DNA of 64,000 nucleotides, from positions 64,001 to 128,000 of IMG/VR virus record IMGVR_UViG_3300046665_000434; one strand, given 5' to 3'. The stretch is from a virus. Below are positions 35,139 to 45,228 of the stretch, piece by piece. Numbering within the stretch: the stretch's first letter is position 1; every line of letters begins with the position of its first letter. The position numbers and the translations under genes are program-made. The notes below the pieces were generated by a model, which was not told the DNA's origin, ran no database searches, and worked only from the letters and a program-made list of their open reading frames with translations.

Positions 35139-36128
35139 ATGACTACATTTATCGTAATGACTTATGAACGTTCTTATCATGCCCATCACCGTCACGCCAG
35201 CAGTGGCTTTATCGCGTTTGCTGTAGCTAGCGCCGATATATTGGACTATAAACGAACCATAGTCGATAGCCCTAGCCCTCACCTTACGAAACCTGACCAT
35301 TTTATCGAGATGGAGTTAGGGTTTCCGCATGCGGTAAGACCATTTTTGAGTGAGCTGGTCGACTCGTTCTTTCATCACAAAGACAGTGAACTATGGAAAA
35401 TGTCGCAGTTCTTGGTGGTTGCTCAGTACGACCCGCAGAAAGACAAGATCGTCAATAAGCAAATTATCCCGCTGCGCGATATCAAGAAAGCATTTCTGCC
35501 GGAGCAACCGATTGACGATAAGTTTTCCAAAGTGGGGTTGGAGTTCCGTAACAACTTGAACGAGGAAGATATCTCTATCGTAAAAGAGGTGGCGTTGAAC
35601 CTCGACCTGAACGAACGGCTGCTCACAAAAGCCAGACGCTGGAATGCTGGAGATAACAAACGCCTCGGCCAATTTCAGCTGGTGAAGAACCACTGCAAAA
35701 TGATCGGTATTCGTCAAGCTCCATTCTCGGTCCACTCTTTAGATACCGATATCCATATTGATCGGTTCAATTCGAAGAACATCGAATTGATGGAGACGTT
35801 CTTCAATAAACACGTCACTTCGATCGAATACGGTATCGGTGATTTGAGAAGCGCGAAACTCTTTTACGCCGGCCCTCTTACGGCAGAGATGGTCACTGGC
35901 ATGGTGGAGTTGTTTAAACGTTCTGAATTCGACATCCTCTATTATCAAACCAATACCCTCGGTAATGAGGTCGTCGAAGCTGAGGTTCTGAATCTTAGTT
36001 CCGGTAGTTTTGGGATCCATGAACAGGCTGGGATGCCAGAGCGTGGCTTTGTTGATTTCCACGCCCTCAGACATCCAAAAGGCGAAGGTGCGCTGCGATT
36101 CGCCGAACAACTCCACAACCAGCTGTAA
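35139..36128 (+). CDS. hypothetical protein
   Basis: 329-aa ORF. Confidence 0.7.
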   Translation: MTTFIVMTYERSYHAHHRHASSGFIAFAVASADILDYKRTIVDSPSPHLTKPDHFIEMELGFPHAVRPFLSELVDSFFHHKDSELWKMSQFLVVAQYDPQKDKIVNKQIIPLRDIKKAFLPEQPIDDKFSKVGLEFRNNLNEEDISIVKEVALNLDLNERLLTKARRWNAGDNKRLGQFQLVKNHCKMIGIRQAPFSVHSLDTDIHIDRFNSKNIELMETFFNKHVTSIEYGIGDLRSAKLFYAGPLTAEMVTGMVELFKRSEFDILYYQTNTLGNEVVEAEVLNLSSGSFGIHEQAGMPERGFVDFHALRHPKGEGALRFAEQLHNQL

Positions 36129-36151
36129 ATAATTACATGATGTCACCGTGA

Positions 36152-36546
36152 TATGTAAAAGGTCTATCACGGATCAGTTACCTCCTTTGGGGAGCGGTGT
36201 TGTAATTCCCCGTCTGGCCGACAACCGCTCTCACTTTTTATTCCTTGGGATCGTATTACGGTTCCTCAAGAACCCCGCCGCGTAGCGTATTTGCCCGCGC
36301 GCGGCTAGGTACTGCACCGCCTCACCCTATAGGTTGCAGTTACAGCCAGCGAAGGCTGGTGGACCTCGTATAGCGCTGTCGAATGCTGTTAGTTAATGGG
36401 GTGGTCTCTCACACTGAGCCGCCAGTTGTCGGTAGGCCGGGTTAAGGCTTGGTCGCCCAGTTCACCTTGACCTGATCTTGGTGTTCTACCTGAATCTATC
36501 GACAAGTCCTGCCTCTCCTGCCTCCTTAGGGAGGTGGGGGAGTTTT
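36152..36546 (+). ncRNA. candidate ~390-nt multi-hairpin ncRNA
   Basis: TATG start; about 8 hairpins; terminator at end; no credible ORF. Confidence 0.5.
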
Positions 36547-36613
36547 ATGCTGTTAGGGATATGGTATGCAGTGGTAGCCTCCATTGTACCGCAACACTTT
36601 AAAGGACTGTCAC

Positions 36614-37138
36614 ATGAAACTCAATATCGCTCTGTCTGCTGTAGCGAACGTGCTGGGTGCTATCAACGCTGCCAACACCGCTGTTAGCCTGGCCCTCACC
36701 GAAGCCCAGGTTACTTTCGCTGCACCAGCGGTAACTGCCGGCACTGCTGGCCGTAACACCTCCATTACCTTGACCGGCGTCAATGGCCAGGGCGTCGAAG
36801 GTTCTCGTACATTCTCCTACACCCGCCAATCCCTGGCTGCTGGTGCCGTGGCTTCGACTGCTCCGGCAAGCGTTACCACAGCGCCTGGCGATACCGAAGC
36901 AGCTTCGCTGACCAAGGTCGCTACTGCTCTGGGTCTGCTGGCTGGTGAGTTCACTTCGAGTGCGTTTACCGCTCCTGCGGACATGACCACTCCGGGCACC
37001 ATCACTCTGACCGCCAACGCGGCCAGTCTGGTGTACACCGGGGCTCGTACGGTGGCTTTGAATTTTCCTGACTCCGACGTAGACTTCGCCACCCTGGCGC
37101 CGACTACTGACCTGGACGGTTTCGATGCTGAAGCCTAA
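36614..37138 (+). CDS. virion structural protein (tail/baseplate paralog family)
   Basis: Ala/Thr-rich; RNTSITL..G...YTR..L..S.VYTG motif; AAGGA SD. Confidence 0.7.
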   Translation: MKLNIALSAVANVLGAINAANTAVSLALTEAQVTFAAPAVTAGTAGRNTSITLTGVNGQGVEGSRTFSYTRQSLAAGAVASTAPASVTTAPGDTEAASLTKVATALGLLAGEFTSSAFTAPADMTTPGTITLTANAASLVYTGARTVALNFPDSDVDFATLAPTTDLDGFDAEA

Positions 37139-37155
37139 GGCAGTTAGTTGATACA

Positions 37156-37189
37156 GCATACAGCCCCGGCGAAAGCCGGGGCTGTATGC
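37156..37189. terminator. bidirectional hairpin
   Basis: GCATACAGCCCCGGC-GAAA-GCCGGGGCTGTATGC between convergent genes. Confidence 0.75.
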
Positions 37190-37202
37190 CGTTCGTGTTA
37201 CA

Positions 37203-39041
37203 TCACGGGTTGTAATGCAGAATCATTCGATTCTGGAACCACGACCCTACCGTCGGCTCGATACAAACGCATCGAGTGTACTTGGTCGAGTTAGCCTCAG
37301 GAACTGACGTACTCGGCAAGACGAAACGGAACCAGTTACAACCTCCGATACCGCCATCGACCTTACTGTCGTTCATCGACCAGTTGGTCCTGTCAGTGTT
37401 GGCGTTCAACCAGTTGATAACCGCCGCTGCGGTAGTCGACGGATCGTTAGGCTTCCACCAACCTCCAGTACCGAGTGCTTCGAGGTTGGTCTTGATAGCA
37501 CTGGCATCGTACGCGTACAGGATGTCTCGGCCGATACGGAATACCGAACCTGGAACAAACAACGAACTGGTCGACAATACCGTCAGGTTAAAACCAACCA
37601 GACCTGTGATAGTTGCATCAGCAACATCGAGAGTAGTCAGCGACAACCCGAACTTACTGTTGATCGCAGCCAGCGAAGTCCAGATGGTAGATCCCATCCC
37701 GCTGCCCGGAAGTGTCAGATCAACTTTGTTTATGAACGCAAGGTTGATCGGGAACCGTTTGAATTTAAGAGTTACAGCATTCTTAAACCCAGATGGCCTC
37801 AATGCCCTCACACTCACGGACGAGTTATACGTAGCATCTCCGGTAATTGTCTGAACCGACTCGAAGACTACACCGTTTGACTTGAACCCAGTACCGTACT
37901 GTTTGTTCAGCTGGGCCAGGAACGATGCCAGAGGCGTCAAGGAGAACGTCGGTTGGATAGGCGGTTTTGTGATCGCATAAGCCTGGACGTTACGAAGACG
38001 CATGATCTTACCAGCAGTGACTGGAGTGAACGTCAATGTGGTGGCGTCGACACTAGCAGCAGTCCATGCCGCACCATCAGGAGATGTCGGGAAAGTACCC
38101 AACGGCAAGTTGTACGTATATGCCGTAGGCATCGCTGTGGCTTTAGCCGTAGACGTCGAACCATTGGTGGTCAACGTTGTGTTAACCGTAATCCCCGTCG
38201 AATCACCGGCCTGACCGCCCATGCCGAGGACGAGTGCATCGATCGTGTGGTTGGGTGGCAGGAACGTTGCCAAACTGACTGCCAGTGCTCCGGTATTCGT
38301 AGACTGGACAGCGGCTCCTGACGAAGGGAGTACCCAATTCAACGTGTCCAGAAGGGTCGTTGTATAGATGCCCGTCAAGGGTGCCCAAGCGGAACCTACT
38401 GCCGAATCAAGACACAGCGGAACCAGACGACGTGGTCCAATGCGACCGTTGAAGGTATCGCCAGTCACGTTGTCGTACAGCATGATATCTCGGAAGGAGC
38501 ACCCGCCTGCATAGTTCGATGGTGAGAGCCTGAAAAACACACCGAAGTTACCAGCAGCGAAAGCGGTCTTTAGAGTAGCCGACAGTGCTTTACTGCGGAC
38601 AAACACGTTATTGACGTATACCGAAACCGTCCCCGCTACCGTATCAAACACGTCTTCAATGTACGCGGTATCACCGACCGCGATGTTAGGACTGAAGTCA
38701 GAAACGATCAGGCCGCCATCCGCACTCCCAGTACCGTTGAAGTTCTGGTCAACCGACACCATCGTGTGCGCTGGCAACAATGGCACAGCTTCGATGGTAA
38801 CCCGATACGCCAGAGTGAAACTCGTAGGGTTAGTCATCAACCCCGTGAAGAGGATCGTCGCGTACGTATCGGTGGTCGAAGTTCCGGGCGGGGCGGTAAT
38901 CGCCCCTCGGTTGTTAACCTGGAATCCTTTCCCGTTGCTAGGCTCTTGGGCATAGCGAGTGAATGCATAGCCGCTGGTTGCAAGCCAGGTATCCGTAACG
39001 TTCTTGACGCAATGGTCAAATTGAATTGCTGCACGTAACAT
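37203..39041 (-). CDS. tail fibre/baseplate virion protein (beta-sandwich + adaptor + C-terminal ...LHYN domain)
   Basis: paralog-family motifs; C-terminus similar to 42647..43582. Confidence 0.7.
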   Translation of the reverse strand: MLRAAIQFDHCVKNVTDTWLATSGYAFTRYAQEPSNGKGFQVNNRGAITAPPGTSTTDTYATILFTGLMTNPTSFTLAYRVTIEAVPLLPAHTMVSVDQNFNGTGSADGGLIVSDFSPNIAVGDTAYIEDVFDTVAGTVSVYVNNVFVRSKALSATLKTAFAAGNFGVFFRLSPSNYAGGCSFRDIMLYDNVTGDTFNGRIGPRRLVPLCLDSAVGSAWAPLTGIYTTTLLDTLNWVLPSSGAAVQSTNTGALAVSLATFLPPNHTIDALVLGMGGQAGDSTGITVNTTLTTNGSTSTAKATAMPTAYTYNLPLGTFPTSPDGAAWTAASVDATTLTFTPVTAGKIMRLRNVQAYAITKPPIQPTFSLTPLASFLAQLNKQYGTGFKSNGVVFESVQTITGDATYNSSVSVRALRPSGFKNAVTLKFKRFPINLAFINKVDLTLPGSGMGSTIWTSLAAINSKFGLSLTTLDVADATITGLVGFNLTVLSTSSLFVPGSVFRIGRDILYAYDASAIKTNLEALGTGGWWKPNDPSTTAAAVINWLNANTDRTNWSMNDSKVDGGIGGCNWFRFVLPSTSVPEANSTKYTRCVCIEPTVGSWFQNRMILHYNP

Positions 39042-39051
39042 AGTTCAGCTC

Positions 39052-39582
39052 CTAGGACCAGTCGAGGGTCGTACCGGTAATCACGGCGGTGATTGGTTTC
39101 AGCGCCATGCCTAGAACAATCGTCAGGCCGGGAATGAAGAAACGGCTGGTCGTCGCTGCGGTGAGCGTGATACTCTCGTCCGTACTGGCGATGGTAATGG
39201 GATTGATGTCATCAGATGTCAACGTCATCCCACTGGCCGTATTGAGCAACGGCAGCAATGAAGTCAGGTCTGTTGCAGAACTGAAATCGAAGTGAGATTT
39301 ATCGTCGATGATCCGGCCGATGTCAACCCGATTGTACGGCAGCGTAATAGAGCCCTGGAGGTTCGATGTACCTGTAGCCGTCACCAACACCTGGCTGTTG
39401 TAGTTGGCATTCCCGGTGAGCACTGTAGGGGCTCCCAGCGTGAAGTCAGACGATGTCCGCGGAGACTTAGCCGCAGCAATGACCAAGTTCATCAAAGCGA
39501 CCTGTCCAGTTACCCCTTTTGGCAGAACGGCTGGAGGAATACCGATGGCATAACCAACGATGCTTCTGATGGCGATTGTCAT
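39052..39582 (-). CDS. virion structural protein (adaptor domain)
   Basis: YNRVDI..LLPLLN..G..LTSDD..SRFFIPG. Confidence 0.7.
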   Translation of the reverse strand: MTIAIRSIVGYAIGIPPAVLPKGVTGQVALMNLVIAAAKSPRTSSDFTLGAPTVLTGNANYNSQVLVTATGTSNLQGSITLPYNRVDIGRIIDDKSHFDFSSATDLTSLLPLLNTASGMTLTSDDINPITIASTDESITLTAATTSRFFIPGLTIVLGMALKPITAVITGTTLDWS

Positions 39583-39594
39583 TTTTGTACCTCC

Positions 39595-40608
39595 TTACGC
39601 GTCTGGGGTCATGGTGAGGGTAGTGGCAAGGATCTTACGATCCGTCCATTTACCGCCGTCTGGAGCAAGTGGGATGTTCGGCAACTTCTGCCCGTAAGTC
39701 AACGTGGTAGGAACGACCAGCGTAGTAGAAGTACCCGCAGTAGCTCCCTGCTTCACATCAACTTTGAGGTTGGCCGCAGTAGCTGAGGTCGTACGGCCAG
39801 ATATTGCCAACGATACACCGTCGATCTTGAACCCTGTCGGAATCGAAGACCCAAGACCCACTACTAATGGAGTCTTATCCGCAGGGCTGTTGAGCACCGC
39901 GGCGTTGTTGTAGTCATTGGTAAGAACTGTCAGCAGATCGGGACTAGCGCCTGACGTCGGAGTCCATCCCGCACCACTGGCGGTTGCAGCGTAGATAGGC
40001 AGAATCTTTCGATCACCGAGCCGAGTCGTGATACCGTCACCTGCCACATCGTCAGCACTGTGGAAGTCTCTGATCTCCATGACGCCAGCTGAGTTAGCGC
40101 TAGACAACATGGGGAAAATATAAAGTCTCCTTGTACTGGCCATCTCGGTCTTAAATGCGGCCGCCAATACGATTGGTGTTTTTGCCACGCCGTCGTAATA
40201 CGGAGTGATGGTCCCAGCCGCGATGTCGTAAACGTAATCGACGAACATCGTAGTCCCGACAGTACTCGCTGGGAAGAAATCCGTAAACGACCCAAGAGAA
40301 ACTGTATTCGAAGATAACACAGATGGGGCCATGGCAATTGCGAATCCGCTACTACCCGCTGCCGTTAGTGTCACTCTGAGTCCAAAGAACACTTTAGTCG
40401 CAGTAGCACCAAACGTACCCCCGTCGATCTGCATCAACGTGCGGTTAGCGTTAGTGCCAGTAGGGCACGTCATCGCACCAGCAGTAGTGACGAAAGCACC
40501 TTTCCCGACTTCACCGTTATAATGACTAACCGGAATGCCTGCCGTTGTAAACCACGTATCGACTACGTTTTTAAGGCAGTGGTCGTAGTTGAAAAAACTG
40601 AGTAACAT
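39595..40608 (-). CDS. virion structural protein (lectin-like beta-sandwich)
   Basis: DHCLKNVVDTW..APDGGKWT, paralogous to N-terminus of 37203..39041. Confidence 0.7.
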   Translation of the reverse strand: MLLSFFNYDHCLKNVVDTWFTTAGIPVSHYNGEVGKGAFVTTAGAMTCPTGTNANRTLMQIDGGTFGATATKVFFGLRVTLTAAGSSGFAIAMAPSVLSSNTVSLGSFTDFFPASTVGTTMFVDYVYDIAAGTITPYYDGVAKTPIVLAAAFKTEMASTRRLYIFPMLSSANSAGVMEIRDFHSADDVAGDGITTRLGDRKILPIYAATASGAGWTPTSGASPDLLTVLTNDYNNAAVLNSPADKTPLVVGLGSSIPTGFKIDGVSLAISGRTTSATAANLKVDVKQGATAGTSTTLVVPTTLTYGQKLPNIPLAPDGGKWTDRKILATTLTMTPDA

Positions 40609-40620
40609 ATCGACGCCCTC

Positions 40621-42120
40621 TTACAGGAACCCGTTGAGAACCGGGTTAGGGAATTCAGTGCTGATGTTCGGGATGTCACGACCGACCAGGAATGTAGAGC
40701 CTGGGATAAAGAAGCGACTAGTCGCAGCAGCAGTGAGTGTCACCGATGTGGAACCGGAGACGATGTCCCCATCTACGATATCATCAGCGTTGATGGTCAT
40801 TCCGCTCGCCGTTACCAACTTAGGCAACAGATCGAGGATCTTCACTTCAGAGCCGATGGTCAGTGAGAGTGGGTCGTCGAACATCCGGGTAAGATCTACC
40901 CGGTTGTAGAACATGGTCCACGAGCCACGAAGACCCGACCCTACAGTTGAACCTACCACTACTTGAGTGTTAAAGTTCGCATTACCGGTCAACACGTCCG
41001 GCGCAGCAGCCGTGAAGTTTGCAGGTACTCGAACCGGCTTAGCGGTCGCAGCGATCAGGTTTAGCAACGCTTGACGGCCAGTCACGCCCTTAGGCAGTGG
41101 AGGCAGTGCGTAGGTAACCGCATAGCCCTGGATGTTAGCGACGTTCACTACCCCGGCCGGAGTCGTAACCAGATCGATGTTTCCGATCGATGTCTTGGTC
41201 AGCTTCTCGCCCAGAGGACCTTTGTGGAATACACCAAGAGATCCGCTGTAGGAGTACCCGGTTGCTGCGGCGTTGGCCGAAGTACCAGCGAGATCAGTAC
41301 CGCCTTCGTTCAACTTACCGGCTACGGCGATCACCGCACCGGTGGTCGATCCGAGACCTGCGTTCAGCTCAATCGCATATGCTGCACGAGATGCAGGGAT
41401 GGCGCTGAGAAGACGTGTAGTCAACGGCATCACTGGACTAGGAGCTACGGCGATCTTTGTAGTCGGAACAGCTCCAGGCTCACTCAGAGCGGCTACAAGA
41501 GATCCTCCAGCTGGGTTGGTCGTCCAGTTGGTCCCTGTTGCAGCATTCAGAGTAACCGGATAGTTCTTCCAGCTGGTGTATGGCCCAGTAGGTTGACCGA
41601 GGCTTGCTTGATCATCACTGATGATGATGTCGGACCAGTCGATCTGGTTGGCCACACTACCTTTGGCTTCCAGGCCGAACGAGAAGCTGCGCAGACCTGC
41701 GCCGACGTTGAGGCCGCCGATACTAACCCCATCGCACAGACATTCGACGTTACCCGTTGCGAAGGTATACGAGAACTCGAGGCAGTATTCTTTGTTGAGG
41801 ACAAGGTTCGTGATCGCAGCAGCGCGAATCAGGAACGTACCACCGAAGTAAATGATCCCGGCCTGGTTGTTGACCAGCGCCGTAACGCGAGCTTTTACAC
41901 TCACCCACAGCTTGGCCGTAGGAGCAGCCAAGTAAGGGTCAAGCGGGATGGTGATTCGTTCCAGGCCTGCGGTGGTGCTGTTACTGACGATCCAGCCGTT
42001 GACGATAGTGTTCGACACAGATTGATCTGCGCCGCGAGTCAAGCCGTGAGTAGCGTAGTTGGCCCAACTCGTATCGTTCTGCGGTAAATGGTTGACTGCA
42101 ATAATTGCTCTGACGGCCAT
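40621..42120 (-). CDS. virion structural protein (beta-sandwich + adaptor fusion)
   Basis: C-terminal part near-collinear with 39052..39582. Confidence 0.7.
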   Translation of the reverse strand: MAVRAIIAVNHLPQNDTSWANYATHGLTRGADQSVSNTIVNGWIVSNSTTAGLERITIPLDPYLAAPTAKLWVSVKARVTALVNNQAGIIYFGGTFLIRAAAITNLVLNKEYCLEFSYTFATGNVECLCDGVSIGGLNVGAGLRSFSFGLEAKGSVANQIDWSDIIISDDQASLGQPTGPYTSWKNYPVTLNAATGTNWTTNPAGGSLVAALSEPGAVPTTKIAVAPSPVMPLTTRLLSAIPASRAAYAIELNAGLGSTTGAVIAVAGKLNEGGTDLAGTSANAAATGYSYSGSLGVFHKGPLGEKLTKTSIGNIDLVTTPAGVVNVANIQGYAVTYALPPLPKGVTGRQALLNLIAATAKPVRVPANFTAAAPDVLTGNANFNTQVVVGSTVGSGLRGSWTMFYNRVDLTRMFDDPLSLTIGSEVKILDLLPKLVTASGMTINADDIVDGDIVSGSTSVTLTAAATSRFFIPGSTFLVGRDIPNISTEFPNPVLNGFL

Positions 42121-42140
42121 GTGTTTTCTCCACCGTTGGG

Positions 42141-42638
42141 CTAGAAGCCAGGCAACGTATTGTCGACGAAGGCATTGTTGATCAGGATCGAATCAGAGAA
42201 GTCGATCGTGACGTTTCCGATCCAGCCGTAACTGTCGGACTTAGCCTCCATCTGGAACGTGATAGTGCCGTCCGAGTTTGCTGTGGCCGTATGGTCAACC
42301 AAGTCATCGGCGCCGAACGGGATGCCTGAGATCTTCTTCAAGAAAGGAAGCATACCGGCAGTGTTAGTGCCATCGACTGCTTTGTTGCCTTTCTTGTTGA
42401 CGAACGTGAACTCGCTCAGATCGATCCGGTTATACCAGACCACGCGCTTGCCAGTACCCACTGTCGACGACGGAGTGAACTCGACCGTGATGCGAGTGTT
42501 GGCGTTGTACGTAGTCTGTTCGCCGGAAGTGGTCGCTCTCGGGACACCGAGCGTAACATCAGCAGCAGCGACAGTAACACCGGCCGCGACTGACAGGTAC
42601 GCTAAGACGTCTTGCTTACTTGTCAAGTAAATGCTCAT
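42141..42638 (-). CDS. virion structural protein, paralog family
   Basis: YNRIDL..DDL..SYGWIG..LPGF. Confidence 0.7.
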   Translation of the reverse strand: MSIYLTSKQDVLAYLSVAAGVTVAAADVTLGVPRATTSGEQTTYNANTRITVEFTPSSTVGTGKRVVWYNRIDLSEFTFVNKKGNKAVDGTNTAGMLPFLKKISGIPFGADDLVDHTATANSDGTITFQMEAKSDSYGWIGNVTIDFSDSILINNAFVDNTLPGF

Positions 42639-42646
42639 CGTGCACG

Positions 42647-43582
42647 TTACCTGTTGTAATGAAGATAGATTTTACCGGTGAACCAACTATCGGCCGCGGC
42701 GTTGAGAACGATCAGCTGGTTGTAGTCCGTGGAGTTGGCTTCTGGATAATTGGCGTTTGGCAATGCCACGTTGTTCCAATTGATGTTACACGTACCGCCG
42801 TCGGTAGACGCTGCACTATTGTTCCAGTTAGTTCGACCGGTGTTAGCATTCAACCAATCGAGTATCTGGATAAACGGTCCGGTTGCCTGCCCTGCCGGAG
42901 AATACCACGGATTCGGGATGGTTGCGAACACCGCTTTAAGTGCAGACGCATCAAGACCATAAGTCTGAAATTGTCCAAGCGGCTTCTTACCGACCAGAGT
43001 CAGGCTACCATCAGGGAATACACGCCCCGCCAGCACTTGCTTAGCATCAGGGATCAGATCCGTGATCTTAGGCTTGGCAGCAATCCAACGCACAGCGAAC
43101 GTGCCGATGTATCCGACACTCGTCTCTTTCGCGGTAACTGTCAGTGTTTGAGAAGGACGGCCTTTGATCAACGGATCGCTAGTCGAAATGGTGAACTGGA
43201 TGTTGTTGAAGTCATCCGTGGTAAACGCTGTGCCATTCTGACTGTTGATATCCGCCAGAAGCTGGTACAGCGTAAACGTGTTCTGCGCAGCGCCGTTAGG
43301 CACTACCGGACTTGGCTTCATCACGGTCAGCGGGTTACCGCGGAACAGGACAGCCAAGTCGATACGACGATAGCGAATTGGCTTGCTGTTGATCCAGGTG
43401 GTGTGCGTACCAGGACCTACTGTCAGCGCACTGTTAAGAGTCGGCTTGGACGAGACGCTAACTTTGGTCACAGGCCCCAACCGACAGTTGTCCTTAGACA
43501 CTGGTGTCGGAAGAGAACCCGAGTTGTTAGCGTTGATCAAATCCAACACCAGACTGGTTGAATCTTCGGTGATGATCGGCAT
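42647..43582 (-). CDS. virion structural protein, paralog family
   Basis: YRRIDL..IN..G..FTTDD..SVGYIG; PEANS..LHYN. Confidence 0.7.
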   Translation of the reverse strand: MPIITEDSTSLVLDLINANNSGSLPTPVSKDNCRLGPVTKVSVSSKPTLNSALTVGPGTHTTWINSKPIRYRRIDLAVLFRGNPLTVMKPSPVVPNGAAQNTFTLYQLLADINSQNGTAFTTDDFNNIQFTISTSDPLIKGRPSQTLTVTAKETSVGYIGTFAVRWIAAKPKITDLIPDAKQVLAGRVFPDGSLTLVGKKPLGQFQTYGLDASALKAVFATIPNPWYSPAGQATGPFIQILDWLNANTGRTNWNNSAASTDGGTCNINWNNVALPNANYPEANSTDYNQLIVLNAAADSWFTGKIYLHYNR

Positions 43583-43587
43583 GGTGA

Positions 43588-44382
43588 CTAGACCTTATCG
43601 AAGGTGTTGTAGTGGAAATACAAATCCCCCGACATTCCTGAGGACTGGATCGCACTTTGGATAACCACCCGATCGAACGCCTGATTGCTATCAGGGATTG
43701 CCGAGGTAGCGTTATCGCTGCACGGACCTTTAGTCCATGGTGGAATTTCCAATGCGCCGCAGGCAGTGGAGAACGCTGCGTAGTCCTTGTACGTCCCGGT
43801 TGCGATATCCGGCAGCATCGAATCACGCAGAGAAGTGAAGTCCTTACCCCACGTCAATACACGCGCCGATTTCTTGCCGAGCTTCGGATCAGTCGGATGG
43901 GTCAGTACCGGCAGATACCGCAGACCAACGATGCTGTCGAGCAGAGTCCTGCCGTACATGAACTCAACATCAAACGATCCCAACCAGCCGAGACTTTCAG
44001 GTTTTGCTGTCAGAGTCAGTGATGCTGTTTCGTTCAACTGAAGAGTCGGAGGAGTAAAGTCCTCCAGATCCTCAACCGACAGGAACATCTGAAACGTCGC
44101 ATTGAGCAACGAGATGATCGATTCCTTGGTGAACGGTTCGGTACTACGCACCTGAGCATCGGGGGCGATGTCTGCAAGTACGATACGCTTATACAGCACA
44201 TCGACTTGGTTGATGTACGTACGACCAGGAACCGCCAGCACTGTTACACGGGTGTTGTAATCATCCCCAGTTTCAGCCGTCGGTACATCGAACGTCACGT
44301 TGAGCGTGTTCAAAGGGCGCAGTGGCGTGTTAGCCAGGTTGATCTCTTTGAGCAGTTCGGTTTGACTGAGAGTGGTCGCCAT
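43588..44382 (-). CDS. virion structural protein, paralog family
   Basis: YKRIVL..SLGWLG..FHYN. Confidence 0.7.
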   Translation of the reverse strand: MATTLSQTELLKEINLANTPLRPLNTLNVTFDVPTAETGDDYNTRVTVLAVPGRTYINQVDVLYKRIVLADIAPDAQVRSTEPFTKESIISLLNATFQMFLSVEDLEDFTPPTLQLNETASLTLTAKPESLGWLGSFDVEFMYGRTLLDSIVGLRYLPVLTHPTDPKLGKKSARVLTWGKDFTSLRDSMLPDIATGTYKDYAAFSTACGALEIPPWTKGPCSDNATSAIPDSNQAFDRVVIQSAIQSSGMSGDLYFHYNTFDKV

Positions 44383-44384
44383 GA

Positions 44385-45218
44385 TCAGTCCTCAACAGGT
44401 GCGTTAAAGTGCAGGCACAAGTCCCCGGTGAGTCCCAGAGAGGCAGTGGCAGACAATGTAACCACGATACCGAACTGGTAGGCCGGGTTCAGACGAGGGT
44501 GACCGGAAGCCGCTCCCACGTAAGCCACGGTAGCCCCGTCCAGAGAATAACGACCGTTACCCGTCACGATCCACGAATCACCTGTGTTAGCCGCAAGAGC
44601 AGCCTGCAACAAAGTGAACCGATCAGCACCGTCTACGGTCACTGCATGCAGACCGGTGTATTGGTCAGACATGTCGCGCCAGTAAGAGTAGAACACCGCG
44701 AATGGTTTCGTGGTATCCGTCTCTGGGTAGTAAAGGCCTGGAAGATCAGTGTTAGTGATCGAGGTGGTCAGATCGTAACCGCCCGCAGTGACGGTAAAGG
44801 TGACTTGGCCTACCCAACCCAGGCTACCTTCGGCAGCTACGAGGGTGACATCGCCAGCACCGTTGGTCAGGTTGACTGGAGAGGTGACTACGTCGGATAG
44901 CAGAAAGCCAGTACCGTACAACTGGTTCAGACGCTGAGCGAATTTCCAAGTGTCGGTGATACCGCTGGCCAGAAGACCGGGTTTGGTCAGAGTCACCAGA
45001 TCTGCCAGATTGCGACGCTTGTAGCGAATGGTCACAGCGCCATCGTAGGTACTGTTGACGTCCTTACTGGTGATGGTAAGGCTGGTGTTCGTGCCGGAAG
45101 CATCTGGAGTTACAACCGTCGGAGCACTGTACGTGTATTGCTCACGGATCAGTTGTACCAGACTGGTGGTATTGATAGAGCCCAGGATGTCCGTGATCGG
45201 ATCTTTATACAACGACAT
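44385..45218 (-). CDS. virion structural protein, paralog family
   Basis: YKRRNL..LNQLYG..SLGWVG..LHFN. Confidence 0.7.
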   Translation of the reverse strand: MSLYKDPITDILGSINTTSLVQLIREQYTYSAPTVVTPDASGTNTSLTITSKDVNSTYDGAVTIRYKRRNLADLVTLTKPGLLASGITDTWKFAQRLNQLYGTGFLLSDVVTSPVNLTNGAGDVTLVAAEGSLGWVGQVTFTVTAGGYDLTTSITNTDLPGLYYPETDTTKPFAVFYSYWRDMSDQYTGLHAVTVDGADRFTLLQAALAANTGDSWIVTGNGRYSLDGATVAYVGAASGHPRLNPAYQFGIVVTLSATASLGLTGDLCLHFNAPVED

Positions 45219-45228
45219 AGTGACAACC

